DNA from: an uncultured virus (IMG/VR IMGVR_UViG_3300030328_002163)
Taxonomy: Duplodnaviria; Heunggongvirae; Uroviricota; Caudoviricetes; Crassvirales
Virus record (IMG/VR): IMGVR_UViG_3300030328_002163
Strand: one strand, 5' to 3'
Length of the DNA stretch: 64,000 bases
This document shows positions 38,594 through 46,758 of the stretch, piece by piece. Positions within the stretch are counted from its first letter, which is position 1. The number at the start of each line of letters is the position of its first letter. The notes beneath the pieces are model-generated. The model searched no databases. It was not told the DNA's origin and saw only the letters and a program-made list of their open reading frames with translations. The position numbers and the translations under genes were made by a program.

Positions 38594-38974
38594 ATGAAAG
38601 AAGTTAGAGTTTATCTAATTAATCTACATGATTGTAGAGTAAAAGATATGGATAATATCTTAGAACTAACCGATAAGGAGTTTATGTTTGAAGCCGAAGA
38701 ACAAGGAAAGGTTTATTCCTTAAAAGGTTTTCAAAAAGCATTTAACTTAGAAGAGGTTAATATTGCAACCGACCAAATGAGAATAATTGAAGTAGATAAT
38801 CCAGCTGTGGAAGATCCTTCTTCAGATCCTACTTGGGAATTTGACAATTCATCTCCAATTATCCACTTGGATGAGGATGGAAATGAACTCAAAGATTCTC
38901 CACTTAGTAATCCACTTGACAACCATTTTAAAACAATGGCAAGTATGGTCAGAAACTTAACTAAAAATAAATAA
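38594..38974 (+). CDS. Early hypothetical protein
   Basis: 126 aa, AEEQGKVYSLKGFQKAFN motif. Confidence 0.65.
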   Translation: MKEVRVYLINLHDCRVKDMDNILELTDKEFMFEAEEQGKVYSLKGFQKAFNLEEVNIATDQMRIIEVDNPAVEDPSSDPTWEFDNSSPIIHLDEDGNELKDSPLSNPLDNHFKTMASMVRNLTKNK

Positions 38975-38976
38975 CT

Positions 38977-39258
38977 ATGGAAAATACTTTAAAGATTGAA
39001 CACCTTGTTGTAGATGACTTTTGGGTGTATAAAGAAACCAACAAAGAAGGACATGTAGCATTGAACTATATGTTCGGAACAAGTGATGAAGAATATGAGA
39101 TTTTCAAAAAAGAATATTGTAAAGCAGATGAAGAGTTTACAACTTGGTATAATTACTATTATAAAGGAGAGCATACAGATGATGTTATATGCTCAATGAT
39201 TCATATATGGCATGGTATAATTAAACCATCATATCTTCAAAAACAATTAAATAAATAA
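38977..39258 (+). CDS. Early hypothetical protein
   Basis: 93 aa, TAACTATG start. Confidence 0.6.
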   Translation: MENTLKIEHLVVDDFWVYKETNKEGHVALNYMFGTSDEEYEIFKKEYCKADEEFTTWYNYYYKGEHTDDVICSMIHIWHGIIKPSYLQKQLNK

Positions 39259-39260
39259 CT

Positions 39261-39614
39261 ATGGATAAAGAATTAAGAAAAAAAATTAAGGTTGATGTTG
39301 TTAATAATAATATCAAAGAAGTTATGGCTATGGAAAAAAATGGTAATGGTATTGGGGCTTATTGTTTACTAATAGATAAAACTATTGATAGTTTAAAAGC
39401 AATACCCAATTCTATTTTCTTGGAAGTGGTTTGTGATATAACATCCGAAATAACTGCCGAGAAATTTAACCACAAAGAATCAGTGTGGAATAAATCTGAA
39501 CAATCATATAACTATACTGAAGAGGCACAAGATTTCTTCAATAATAAATATGATGAAATAGAACATCTGCTTATAGATAAATTGAAACTAAATGTGGATA
39601 TGATAAACCAATAA
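39261..39614 (+). CDS. Early hypothetical protein
   Basis: 117 aa, YTEEAQDFFNNKYD motif. Confidence 0.6.
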   Translation: MDKELRKKIKVDVVNNNIKEVMAMEKNGNGIGAYCLLIDKTIDSLKAIPNSIFLEVVCDITSEITAEKFNHKESVWNKSEQSYNYTEEAQDFFNNKYDEIEHLLIDKLKLNVDMINQ

Positions 39615-39617
39615 ACT

Positions 39618-40259
39618 ATGAATGTATTAGAATTATTTAGTGGTAGCCGAAGCATCGGCAAAGAAGCAGAGAAGAGAGGGCATAAAGTCTTCTCTTCAGA
39701 CTTCAAAGATTTTCCAAACACAGACTATGTGTGTGACATCATGGAGTTTGATGTAAACAAGATTCCATTTAAGGTGGATATGTTGTGGGCATCACCACCA
39801 TGTGAGTCATTTTCTGTAGCATCAATTGGACATCATTGGGAGAAAGGTAAGGAGTTTATGCCTAAGACAAATAATGCAGTCAAAGGAATAAACATCTTAA
39901 TGAGAACAATGAAGATAATAGATATAATGTTACATAGAAATCCAAACATGATTTGGTACATAGAGAATCCAAGAGGTAAGATGAGAAAGTCTCCTCATTG
40001 GAATGAGGTCCACCATGTTAGGCACACTTTAACCTATTGTCAATATGGTGATGATAGAATGAAGCCAACAGACATTTGGACCAACAACTTTAAATGGACT
40101 CCTAAACCTATGTGTAAGAATGGTGACCCTTGTCATGTTTCTGCACCAAGAGGAAGTCAAACTGGAACACAAGGTCGTGGAAGTTACTATGATAGAAGTA
40201 AGATTCCTTCTGAATTGTGTAAAGAAATAGTAAGTATAACAAGTAAATTAAATAAATAA
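39618..40259 (+). CDS. Short C5 cytosine DNA methyltransferase
   Basis: Motif I LELFSG, motif IV WASPPC, motif VI IENP, YCQYG...KPTDIW. Confidence 0.8.
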   Translation: MNVLELFSGSRSIGKEAEKRGHKVFSSDFKDFPNTDYVCDIMEFDVNKIPFKVDMLWASPPCESFSVASIGHHWEKGKEFMPKTNNAVKGINILMRTMKIIDIMLHRNPNMIWYIENPRGKMRKSPHWNEVHHVRHTLTYCQYGDDRMKPTDIWTNNFKWTPKPMCKNGDPCHVSAPRGSQTGTQGRGSYYDRSKIPSELCKEIVSITSKLNK

Positions 40260-40262
40260 ATT

Positions 40263-40433
40263 ATGGCATTTTATAAATATGAAGAAACAGATGATAATGT
40301 TATTTATTTCTTTTGTGACCTTTATGAATTTTTAGAGGAACACAATGATTGTATGGAAACAAACTACACATCTGTATCACAATTTAATGAGGGAGAGCCT
40401 CACAGAATTATAACAAAAATTAACTTAAATTAA
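40263..40433 (+). CDS. 56 aa acidic early peptide
   Basis: MAFYKYEETDDNVIYFFCDLYEFLEEHN...; tiles between genes. Confidence 0.55.
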   Translation: MAFYKYEETDDNVIYFFCDLYEFLEEHNDCMETNYTSVSQFNEGEPHRIITKINLN

Positions 40434-40440
40434 ATAAATT

Positions 40441-40635
40441 ATGGCAAATAGTAGTTATTGCAGATATGAAAATACTGCACGAGATTTAAAAGATTGTGTA
40501 GAAGCAATTGATACTGATGGAATATCAGAAACTGCAAGTGATAGAGAAATTGAAGGGTTGAGAGATTTACTCCTTCTTGCAAAAGAAGTGGTAGATAGAG
40601 AGGATGAAATTCTGGACTTGCTCGGTGATAGTTAA
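40441..40635 (+). CDS. Early hypothetical protein
   Basis: SYCRYENT...DLKDC motif. Confidence 0.7.
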   Translation: MANSSYCRYENTARDLKDCVEAIDTDGISETASDREIEGLRDLLLLAKEVVDREDEILDLLGDS

Positions 40636-40665
40636 AAAAAATGTATAACTTAAATAAAAATTAAA

Positions 40666-40974
40666 ATGGATTTAGAAAATAAACATACTGAAATTGAACA
40701 TCTTAGAAAGCTATTGCAAGAAGAGATGAAAGCAAAGGATGAAGCAATTAAAGAGTTAAAGAGTTATAAGAACTCTTATTTAACAATTGATAAAAAGTAT
40801 TATCCAAAGGATGTAAAGTTTTATCAGAAAGCAAAACTTTTTGAAATACGAAAAGGTGATGACTTACAAGATGATGATATATGGGATTCATATTGTGAGG
40901 ATCTGGAGGTAGATGAAGGACAAGATTCCTTCTGTGTTTGTGTGATTGGAATGATGCATCAATATGACTCCTAA
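40666..40974 (+). CDS. Hypothetical protein
   Basis: 102 aa ORF with A-rich leader. Confidence 0.6.
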   Translation: MDLENKHTEIEHLRKLLQEEMKAKDEAIKELKSYKNSYLTIDKKYYPKDVKFYQKAKLFEIRKGDDLQDDDIWDSYCEDLEVDEGQDSFCVCVIGMMHQYDS

Positions 40975-41128
40975 AGGAATAATGTTAGAATTATTATACC
41001 TTGTCTCCAAAATAATGAAGGCAAGGTGTGAGCAAACATATGATGAAGCCGAAGCAGATAAGTGGAGTAAGAATCATGATGCTATAACTAAGATTATAAA
41101 CCAAATAGAAAATGGTGGAATAAAATAA
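40964..41128 (+). CDS. 54 aa hypothetical protein
   Basis: MTPKGIMLELLYLVSKIMKARCEQ...; overlaps the upstream stop. Confidence 0.5.
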   Translation: MTPKGIMLELLYLVSKIMKARCEQTYDEAEADKWSKNHDAITKIINQIENGGIK

Positions 41129-41151
41129 TTAAATAATAAAACTATAAAAAA

Positions 41152-41352
41152 ATGAGAAAAACAACATTAGATGTACTTGCCGAGTGCAAGTGGGAATTAG
41201 AAGAAACAAAAGAAGAATTAAGTTTATTGGAGGTTAAATGGACTGCATTAACTAAATGGTTAGAAAAAAATCATGAAGGTAAATTTAAGCATGGCATGGA
41301 TGAAGTAACGAGAGCAATAAACAAAAGGAATAAAAAATTAGGAATTAGTTAA
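41152..41352 (+). CDS. Hypothetical coiled-coil protein
   Basis: 66 aa. Confidence 0.6.
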   Translation: MRKTTLDVLAECKWELEETKEELSLLEVKWTALTKWLEKNHEGKFKHGMDEVTRAINKRNKKLGIS

Positions 41353-41361
41353 ATAAAGAAC

Positions 41362-41369
41362 TACTTTTG
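41362..41369 (+). promoter_or_regulatory. Bacteroidota -7 element TACTTTTG (replication operon)
   Basis: TAnnTTTG 20 nt upstream of ATG 41389. Confidence 0.5.
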
Positions 41370-41388
41370 GGGAAATATACAACAATCA

Positions 41389-41457
41389 ATGAACAAGTAT
41401 TATGCTCCAGATCCAGAAGAAGAAGAAGAAGAAGATGATGTGTTCTTATTTATATAA
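41389..41457 (+). CDS. 22 aa acidic peptide (candidate)
   Basis: MNKYYAPDPEEEEEEDDVFLFI directly after the promoter. Confidence 0.35.
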   Translation: MNKYYAPDPEEEEEEDDVFLFI

Positions 41458-41552
41458 AAAATTAGTTAGTTAATTCAAAGTCAAGCCCACCTCTGATGGT
41501 TATTGTGTTTCATACATGGGTGGGTATTGACGCCTTCAAAACAAAAAGATAA

Positions 41553-41858
41553 ATGAAAAAAGATATATTTAATAAGTATAGTGAAGCTGTGGCTAAACAA
41601 TTTCATCTAACAATAGATGAGATGTTTAGTAAGACTAAGAGACAAGACATAGTAGAAGCAAGACAGATATTATATTATCTCTGCAAAGAAAGACCTATAA
41701 GGTTTAGTTTTATTCAGAGATTTTTAGAAGAGAATGGGTATAAGGTCGGACACTCCAGTATCATGCATGGTTACAAACAAGCTAAAAAAATGATAGAGGA
41801 AGATTCTGATTATAAAAATTTTATTGACAAAGCCACACAAGATGCCGACACTGATTGA
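41553..41858 (+). CDS. DnaA C-terminal (domain IV) HTH-like protein
   Basis: SKTKRQDIVEARQILYYLC...HSSIMHG resembles the DnaA RxxxxxxARQxAMYL...DHTTVxHA motif. Confidence 0.7.
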   Translation: MKKDIFNKYSEAVAKQFHLTIDEMFSKTKRQDIVEARQILYYLCKERPIRFSFIQRFLEENGYKVGHSSIMHGYKQAKKMIEEDSDYKNFIDKATQDADTD

Positions 41859-42252
41859 AATATTTAATGAAGCCAAGGCAGATCCACGAGCAATTATCAC
41901 TCTATATAGTAACAGAGAGTCGGTAATTAATAAAGGATGTAAAATTCAAAAGTTTTCTGATCGAATAGAAATACTCAATATGGGTAAAGGGGGTGACTAT
42001 TTTAAGGTATGTACTCCAAAGGAGTATGAGTATTTTTATAATTTCGGTTGGAGAATAGGTGTTTTACAATTGGCAATAAGCAATTGTCAGTTTAAACTAA
42101 ACATTATTAAGGAAAGAATTAAAAAAGAAGTAAACACCAGAAAGAATGATAAGCATATTCAAAATCTAAAGAACAGAAGAGAAGCTATCATGGTTAAGTT
42201 TACTACCTATAAACGAAAATTAAATCAAGTTAAATTAAAATCACAATTATGA
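41842..42252 (+). CDS. Hypothetical protein
   Basis: ORF track 41824..42252; ATG 41842 is the more likely start. Confidence 0.6.
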   Translation: MPTLIEIFNEAKADPRAIITLYSNRESVINKGCKIQKFSDRIEILNMGKGGDYFKVCTPKEYEYFYNFGWRIGVLQLAISNCQFKLNIIKERIKKEVNTRKNDKHIQNLKNRREAIMVKFTTYKRKLNQVKLKSQL

Positions 42253-42794
42253 ATAAACTAAAATCAATTAAAATCAAAGGAAAGGATTATGTTGAAGTTC
42301 ATGAAAGACTTAAGTATTTCAGGACCACATATCCTAAGTATTCTCTAACTACTGAAGTAATAGAGAAAACAGAATCTTCAATATTAGTTATGGCTATTAT
42401 TAAAGATGATAATGATAGAGTCTTGGCTACAGGGTTAGCCGAAGAGTCTAAAAATTCTACATTTATAAACAAAACAAGTTATGTGGAAAATGCCGAGACT
42501 TCAGCTTGGGGAAGAGCATTGGGTAATTTAGGTATTGGATTAGACACCTCAGTGGCAAGTGCCGATGAAGTAGTTAATGCAATAGCTAATCAAAACAAAC
42601 CTGTTAAGGTAGCTCAAGAAACTAAGAAGGAAGGTAAGTGGACATTAGAGGTGAAGGATGAAAAGTGGGATGTGGTCCTACAATGGATAGCTAAAAACAA
42701 GAAAAAGGGATTAGCTAAACTAATAGAAGAGTTAGAAAAAGACTTGTATATCATCGGTGATGATGTGAAGGTAGAACTTAAAAAACATGTTTAG
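42249..42794 (+). CDS. Single-strand annealing recombinase (Sak/Rad52-like, putative)
   Basis: IKGKDYVEVHER...ENAETSAWGRAL motif; adjacent to the exonuclease. Confidence 0.6.
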   Translation: MNKLKSIKIKGKDYVEVHERLKYFRTTYPKYSLTTEVIEKTESSILVMAIIKDDNDRVLATGLAEESKNSTFINKTSYVENAETSAWGRALGNLGIGLDTSVASADEVVNAIANQNKPVKVAQETKKEGKWTLEVKDEKWDVVLQWIAKNKKKGLAKLIEELEKDLYIIGDDVKVELKKHV

Positions 42795-43596
42795 TCCTAT
42801 GGATCCACAAGCAATTATCTTGGATAAACTCCAAGAAGATATTAATTATTATGGTGACTACGGTAAGCAGTTCTTATCGTACTCAGACATTAAAACATTG
42901 TTTAATAATAAAAAACTATTTAAGCAAGACACACCTAAAACAAAAGCAATGATTGAAGGATCTTACTTTCACACTGCAATGTTAGAGCCGGACAGAATTA
43001 AAGAGTATCAAGTAGTAGATGTTGCATCAAGATCGACTAAAGCCTACAAAGAAATGTGTCCCCCTGGAGAAATCCTTCTTTTACAAAAAGAGAAAGATCA
43101 TTTAGATTTATTGGTAGACACAATGAAGGAAAACTTAGAAATGAGTCATATTATATATAGTAAAGACAATAAGTTTGAAGTTCCACAAACTGAATCAATT
43201 ATGAATAATTTATGGAAAGGTAAAGCAGATATAGTAACAGACTCTTCTTTTCAAGTAATTGCCGAAGATGAAAATGGAGATGAACAAGTGGTTAATTACT
43301 CGGACGGAGCAGTTATTGATCTGAAAACTACATCTGATTTAACTAAATTTAGGTACTCATTTTTTACTTATAATTATGATGCTCAGGCCTATATTTATCA
43401 AAGGTTGTTTAATAAACCTATGTTATTTCTTGTAATAGACAAACAAACAATGGAATTAGCAATGAGACCTGTTTCTCCTGAAACTATTGAAAGAGGTCAA
43501 AATAAAGTTCAACATGCAACAAAAATATATGAAAAATTCTTCGGTGATAAAGCTACTCATGACGTTAACACGTACATCGATAAGCAACTTATATAG
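42787..43596 (+). CDS. PD-(D/E)XK exonuclease (RecE/exonuclease VIII-like)
   Basis: LSYSDIK, GSYFHTAMLEP, KGKAD, IDLKTT, YDAQAYIY. Confidence 0.8.
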   Translation: MFSPMDPQAIILDKLQEDINYYGDYGKQFLSYSDIKTLFNNKKLFKQDTPKTKAMIEGSYFHTAMLEPDRIKEYQVVDVASRSTKAYKEMCPPGEILLLQKEKDHLDLLVDTMKENLEMSHIIYSKDNKFEVPQTESIMNNLWKGKADIVTDSSFQVIAEDENGDEQVVNYSDGAVIDLKTTSDLTKFRYSFFTYNYDAQAYIYQRLFNKPMLFLVIDKQTMELAMRPVSPETIERGQNKVQHATKIYEKFFGDKATHDVNTYIDKQLI

Positions 43597-43738
43597 ATTA
43601 TATAAAGAAAAAACACAACCAACTCATTTACAGGTGCATGTTCCAAACACTTGTAGGAGCTGGAAAGAAAGAAGGGAACTTCTTTCTATAACGAGAAAAT
43701 TTTTGGAACAAAACATTAAAATAGTAAAAAATGAGTAA
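43559..43738 (+). CDS. Hypothetical protein
   Basis: ORF track 43487..43738; ATG 43559 is likely; bridges the exonuclease and SSB genes. Confidence 0.45.
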   Translation: MTLTRTSISNLYRLYKEKTQPTHLQVHVPNTCRSWKERRELLSITRKFLEQNIKIVKNE

Positions 43739-44021
43739 TCAAGAACAAAAGATTTATTGTGGAAGTGGGGTTGAAAAGTTTGATGGTGGATTGGTAGAGA
43801 TATCAGTGTGTTTATCAGATATCCCTAAAGAACATAGATTTGAATACAATGGTAAATGGTATACAAAACTAAAAGTTCAAAAAAAACAGGAAGTAGATGA
43901 GTATGGAAAGACTCACTATGTGGCTGTTAATACATGGAAACCTGATGCCAAAGAAAAAAAGGCAGAAAAACCTGTTGAACAGAAAGAAGAGAAGGAAGTT
44001 GGTCCTGATCTTCCCTTTTAA
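43731..44021 (+). CDS. Single-stranded DNA-binding protein (putative)
   Basis: Small beta-rich protein with an acidic tail ending DLPF, inside the recombination module. Confidence 0.6.
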   Translation: MSNQEQKIYCGSGVEKFDGGLVEISVCLSDIPKEHRFEYNGKWYTKLKVQKKQEVDEYGKTHYVAVNTWKPDAKEKKAEKPVEQKEEKEVGPDLPF

Positions 44022-44055
44022 GTGTGTTTGGAAGTAAGAGAAAATCTTACGACCA

Positions 44056-44113
44056 TGACATTAGAGCAAGAGGAGAGTGTGGTTTCTCTTCTCTTCTCTT
44101 TTGTCTAATGTCA
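44056..44113 (+). terminator. Long hairpin after the SSB gene (terminator or processing stem)
   Basis: TGACATTAGA/TCTAATGTCA perfect 10 bp arms enclosing a purine/pyrimidine inner stem. Confidence 0.45.
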
Positions 44114-44273
44114 AATGACAAAAAAAAATGAGTATTGAGGGCTATAATAATAATTTGTATTATCTTTTTTTTATAATAATATTTATTATTAATTATTGAC
44201 AGAATTGACAGAATAGAGTAAAATCTATTTATTAAGAAGAGAAACTGAAATTAAATTAAATTAAATCGACATA
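44106..44273. other. Putative replication origin B upstream of the primase
   Basis: TGTCAAATGACA, AT-rich tract, tandem TGACAGAAT x2, CGACAT; same layout as 35118-35312. Confidence 0.45.
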
Positions 44274-44275
44274 AA

Positions 44276-46687
44276 ATGGACATTACTATCTTTAAAGATA
44301 TTAAAGAAACAGCACAACCCTTTTTTAGAAAGGTCGATGTTATCTTAAAAAGAATACAAGAAGGCTCTTCCAAAGATTTAGTTAAAAGGATCAGAGCTGA
44401 AAAAGACAAAGAAAAAAGAAATTTACTTAAACAACAACTTCCAGCCATTTGTTTTAGTGGCACATTCAACAAAAGAAACGATACATCCTTACAAGAACAT
44501 AGTGGATTAATATGCTTAGACTTTGATGGCTATAAAACCAATAAAGATATGCTTCAAGAAAAAGAAAGGTTGAGTAAGAATAAATATATTTTTGCATTGT
44601 TTATATCTCCAAGTGGTAAAGGGCTGAAGGCAGTAGTAAAAATTCCTAAAGAACCTGACAACCATAAAAATTATTTTTTAAGTCTGCAACATTACTTAAA
44701 TTCTGATTATTTTGATAAGACCTGTAAAAATATTTCAAGAGTTTGCTATGAATCATATGATCCATTAATTCATATTAATACAAATTCAAGCACTTGGGAT
44801 AAAATTGTAGAGCAAGAATATACAGAAGTAATAAAACATGTAGATATTCCAACTATTCCAGTTACTGATGAAAATAAAATTGTAGATATCCTCACTAAAT
44901 GGTGGCTTAAAAAGTATCCAATGGTTGAGGGGCAAAGAAATCAAAACATATACATATTAGCGGCTGCATTTAATGATTTTGGTGTCAACCAAACTTTAGC
45001 AGAGTATGTAATGAATAATTTTGCTAGTAAAAACTTTACTGCATCTGAGATCAGAAGGACAATAACTTCTGCATATCAACAAGTGCAGAATTTTGGGACA
45101 AAGTATTATGAGGATGAAGATAAAGTAAACTTAGTTAGAGAAAAACTAAAAAGAGGTGTATCAAAAAAAGAAATACGATCTCAGCTTGAGGAGTCTGATG
45201 TTGAGGTCGGCACCATAGAGAATGTATTAGTCAGACTCGAAGATGAGCAGTCCAATAGTAAGTTTTGGACTAAGAATGATAAAGGGGTAATAAAGATAGT
45301 ACACATATCTTTTAAAAGTTTTCTTGAAGAGAATGGATTTTACAAGTTTAATCCAGAAGGCAGTAGAAGTTATGTGTTTGTTAGGGTAACTAACAACTTA
45401 ATAGACCACACCTCTGAGAAAGAAATTAAAGATTTTATTTTAAACTATCTGTTAGAGATAGATGACATTACTGTGTATAATTACTTTGCCGAACACACTC
45501 GGTATTTTAGAGAAGAGTTTTTAACTCTTTTGTCTTCCATAGATGTATATTTTATAGAGGACACCAAGGACACAGCTTATTTATATTATAAGTCTGGAGC
45601 AGTAAAAGTGACTAAAGGCACGGTTACACCAATAGATTACTTGGATTTAGGAGGTTATGTTTGGAAAGATCATGTTATAGATAGAACTTTTGTAATGTGT
45701 GAATCGAATGAATGTGATTACAAAACATTTATATCTAATATTTGTGGAAATGATGAGAGTAGAATAGAGTCTATGAGGTCTACAATTGGTTATTTACTCC
45801 ATGCTTGGAAAAATTTATCCTATAGCCCAGCTACAATCCTTAATGATGAGCAGATATCTGATTCTCCAGAAGGTGGAACAGGTAAAGGTTTGTTTATTAA
45901 TGCTTTGTCTCATATGAAGAAGGTAGTAGTAATAGATGGAAAATCATTTAATTTTGAAAAATCTTTTGCTTATCAGCTTGTTAGTGCTGATACCCAGATC
46001 CTATGTTTTGATGATGTAAGTAAACATTTTAATTTTGAAAGATTATTTTCTGTTGTCACAGAAGGTTTAACCCTTGAGAAGAAAAACAAAGATGCAATAA
46101 AGATTCCATTTAGTAAATCTCCTAAGGTAGCAATCACTACCAACTATGCTATAAGAGGTAAGGGCTCATCTTTCGAGAGGAGAAAATGGGAGTTAGAATT
46201 AGCACAATTTTATACTAGGGAATATACTCCTCTTAAAGAGTTCGGTAAGTTAATGTTTGGAGAGTGGAATGATGATGAATGGTGTTCCTTTGACAATTTT
46301 ATGATTGAGTGCTTACAGCTTTATTTAAGGTCTGGATTAGTTAAGAGTGAATTTGTTAACTTGAAGATCAGAAGACTCTCGGCTGAGACATGCCATGAGT
46401 TTATAGAATGGTGTGGAATATTAGATGACATGCCACCAAATAAAATGTTAGCAACTAATACAAAAATATTTAAACAAGACTTGTACTTTGATTTTATTGA
46501 AGACAACCCTGACTTTGCTCCTAAGTCTAAAATGACAGTATCTAGGACTAGGTTTTATAAATGGCTTACAGCTTATAATCAATTTAAATATAAGTGTGAT
46601 CCTGAAGAAGGAAGAGATTCTGGAGGAAGATGGATTGTGTTTAGAAATGTACAAGATTTAGAAGAAAATGGTAAAATAGATTTTTAG
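44276..46687 (+). CDS. Primase-helicase (BT4734/VirE-N-like primase, PriCT, SF3-like helicase)
   Basis: LPAICFSG...HSGLICLDFD...SPSGKGLK...SRVCYESYD; EGQRN; GGTGKG Walker A; CFDD; ITTNY. Confidence 0.85.
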   Translation: MDITIFKDIKETAQPFFRKVDVILKRIQEGSSKDLVKRIRAEKDKEKRNLLKQQLPAICFSGTFNKRNDTSLQEHSGLICLDFDGYKTNKDMLQEKERLSKNKYIFALFISPSGKGLKAVVKIPKEPDNHKNYFLSLQHYLNSDYFDKTCKNISRVCYESYDPLIHINTNSSTWDKIVEQEYTEVIKHVDIPTIPVTDENKIVDILTKWWLKKYPMVEGQRNQNIYILAAAFNDFGVNQTLAEYVMNNFASKNFTASEIRRTITSAYQQVQNFGTKYYEDEDKVNLVREKLKRGVSKKEIRSQLEESDVEVGTIENVLVRLEDEQSNSKFWTKNDKGVIKIVHISFKSFLEENGFYKFNPEGSRSYVFVRVTNNLIDHTSEKEIKDFILNYLLEIDDITVYNYFAEHTRYFREEFLTLLSSIDVYFIEDTKDTAYLYYKSGAVKVTKGTVTPIDYLDLGGYVWKDHVIDRTFVMCESNECDYKTFISNICGNDESRIESMRSTIGYLLHAWKNLSYSPATILNDEQISDSPEGGTGKGLFINALSHMKKVVVIDGKSFNFEKSFAYQLVSADTQILCFDDVSKHFNFERLFSVVTEGLTLEKKNKDAIKIPFSKSPKVAITTNYAIRGKGSSFERRKWELELAQFYTREYTPLKEFGKLMFGEWNDDEWCSFDNFMIECLQLYLRSGLVKSEFVNLKIRRLSAETCHEFIEWCGILDDMPPNKMLATNTKIFKQDLYFDFIEDNPDFAPKSKMTVSRTRFYKWLTAYNQFKYKCDPEEGRDSGGRWIVFRNVQDLEENGKIDF

Positions 46688-46758
46688 GGGTATCTAGGTA
46701 TCACCGACTAAGAGATAGTCTCTTAGAACTCATCTATGAAAGCCGAAATTTAGAAAAT

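Noticed and set aside
39517..39580. CTGAAGA hammerhead-like core
   Set aside because: Inside a CDS (YTEEA); no stem II/GAAA/stem III arrangement
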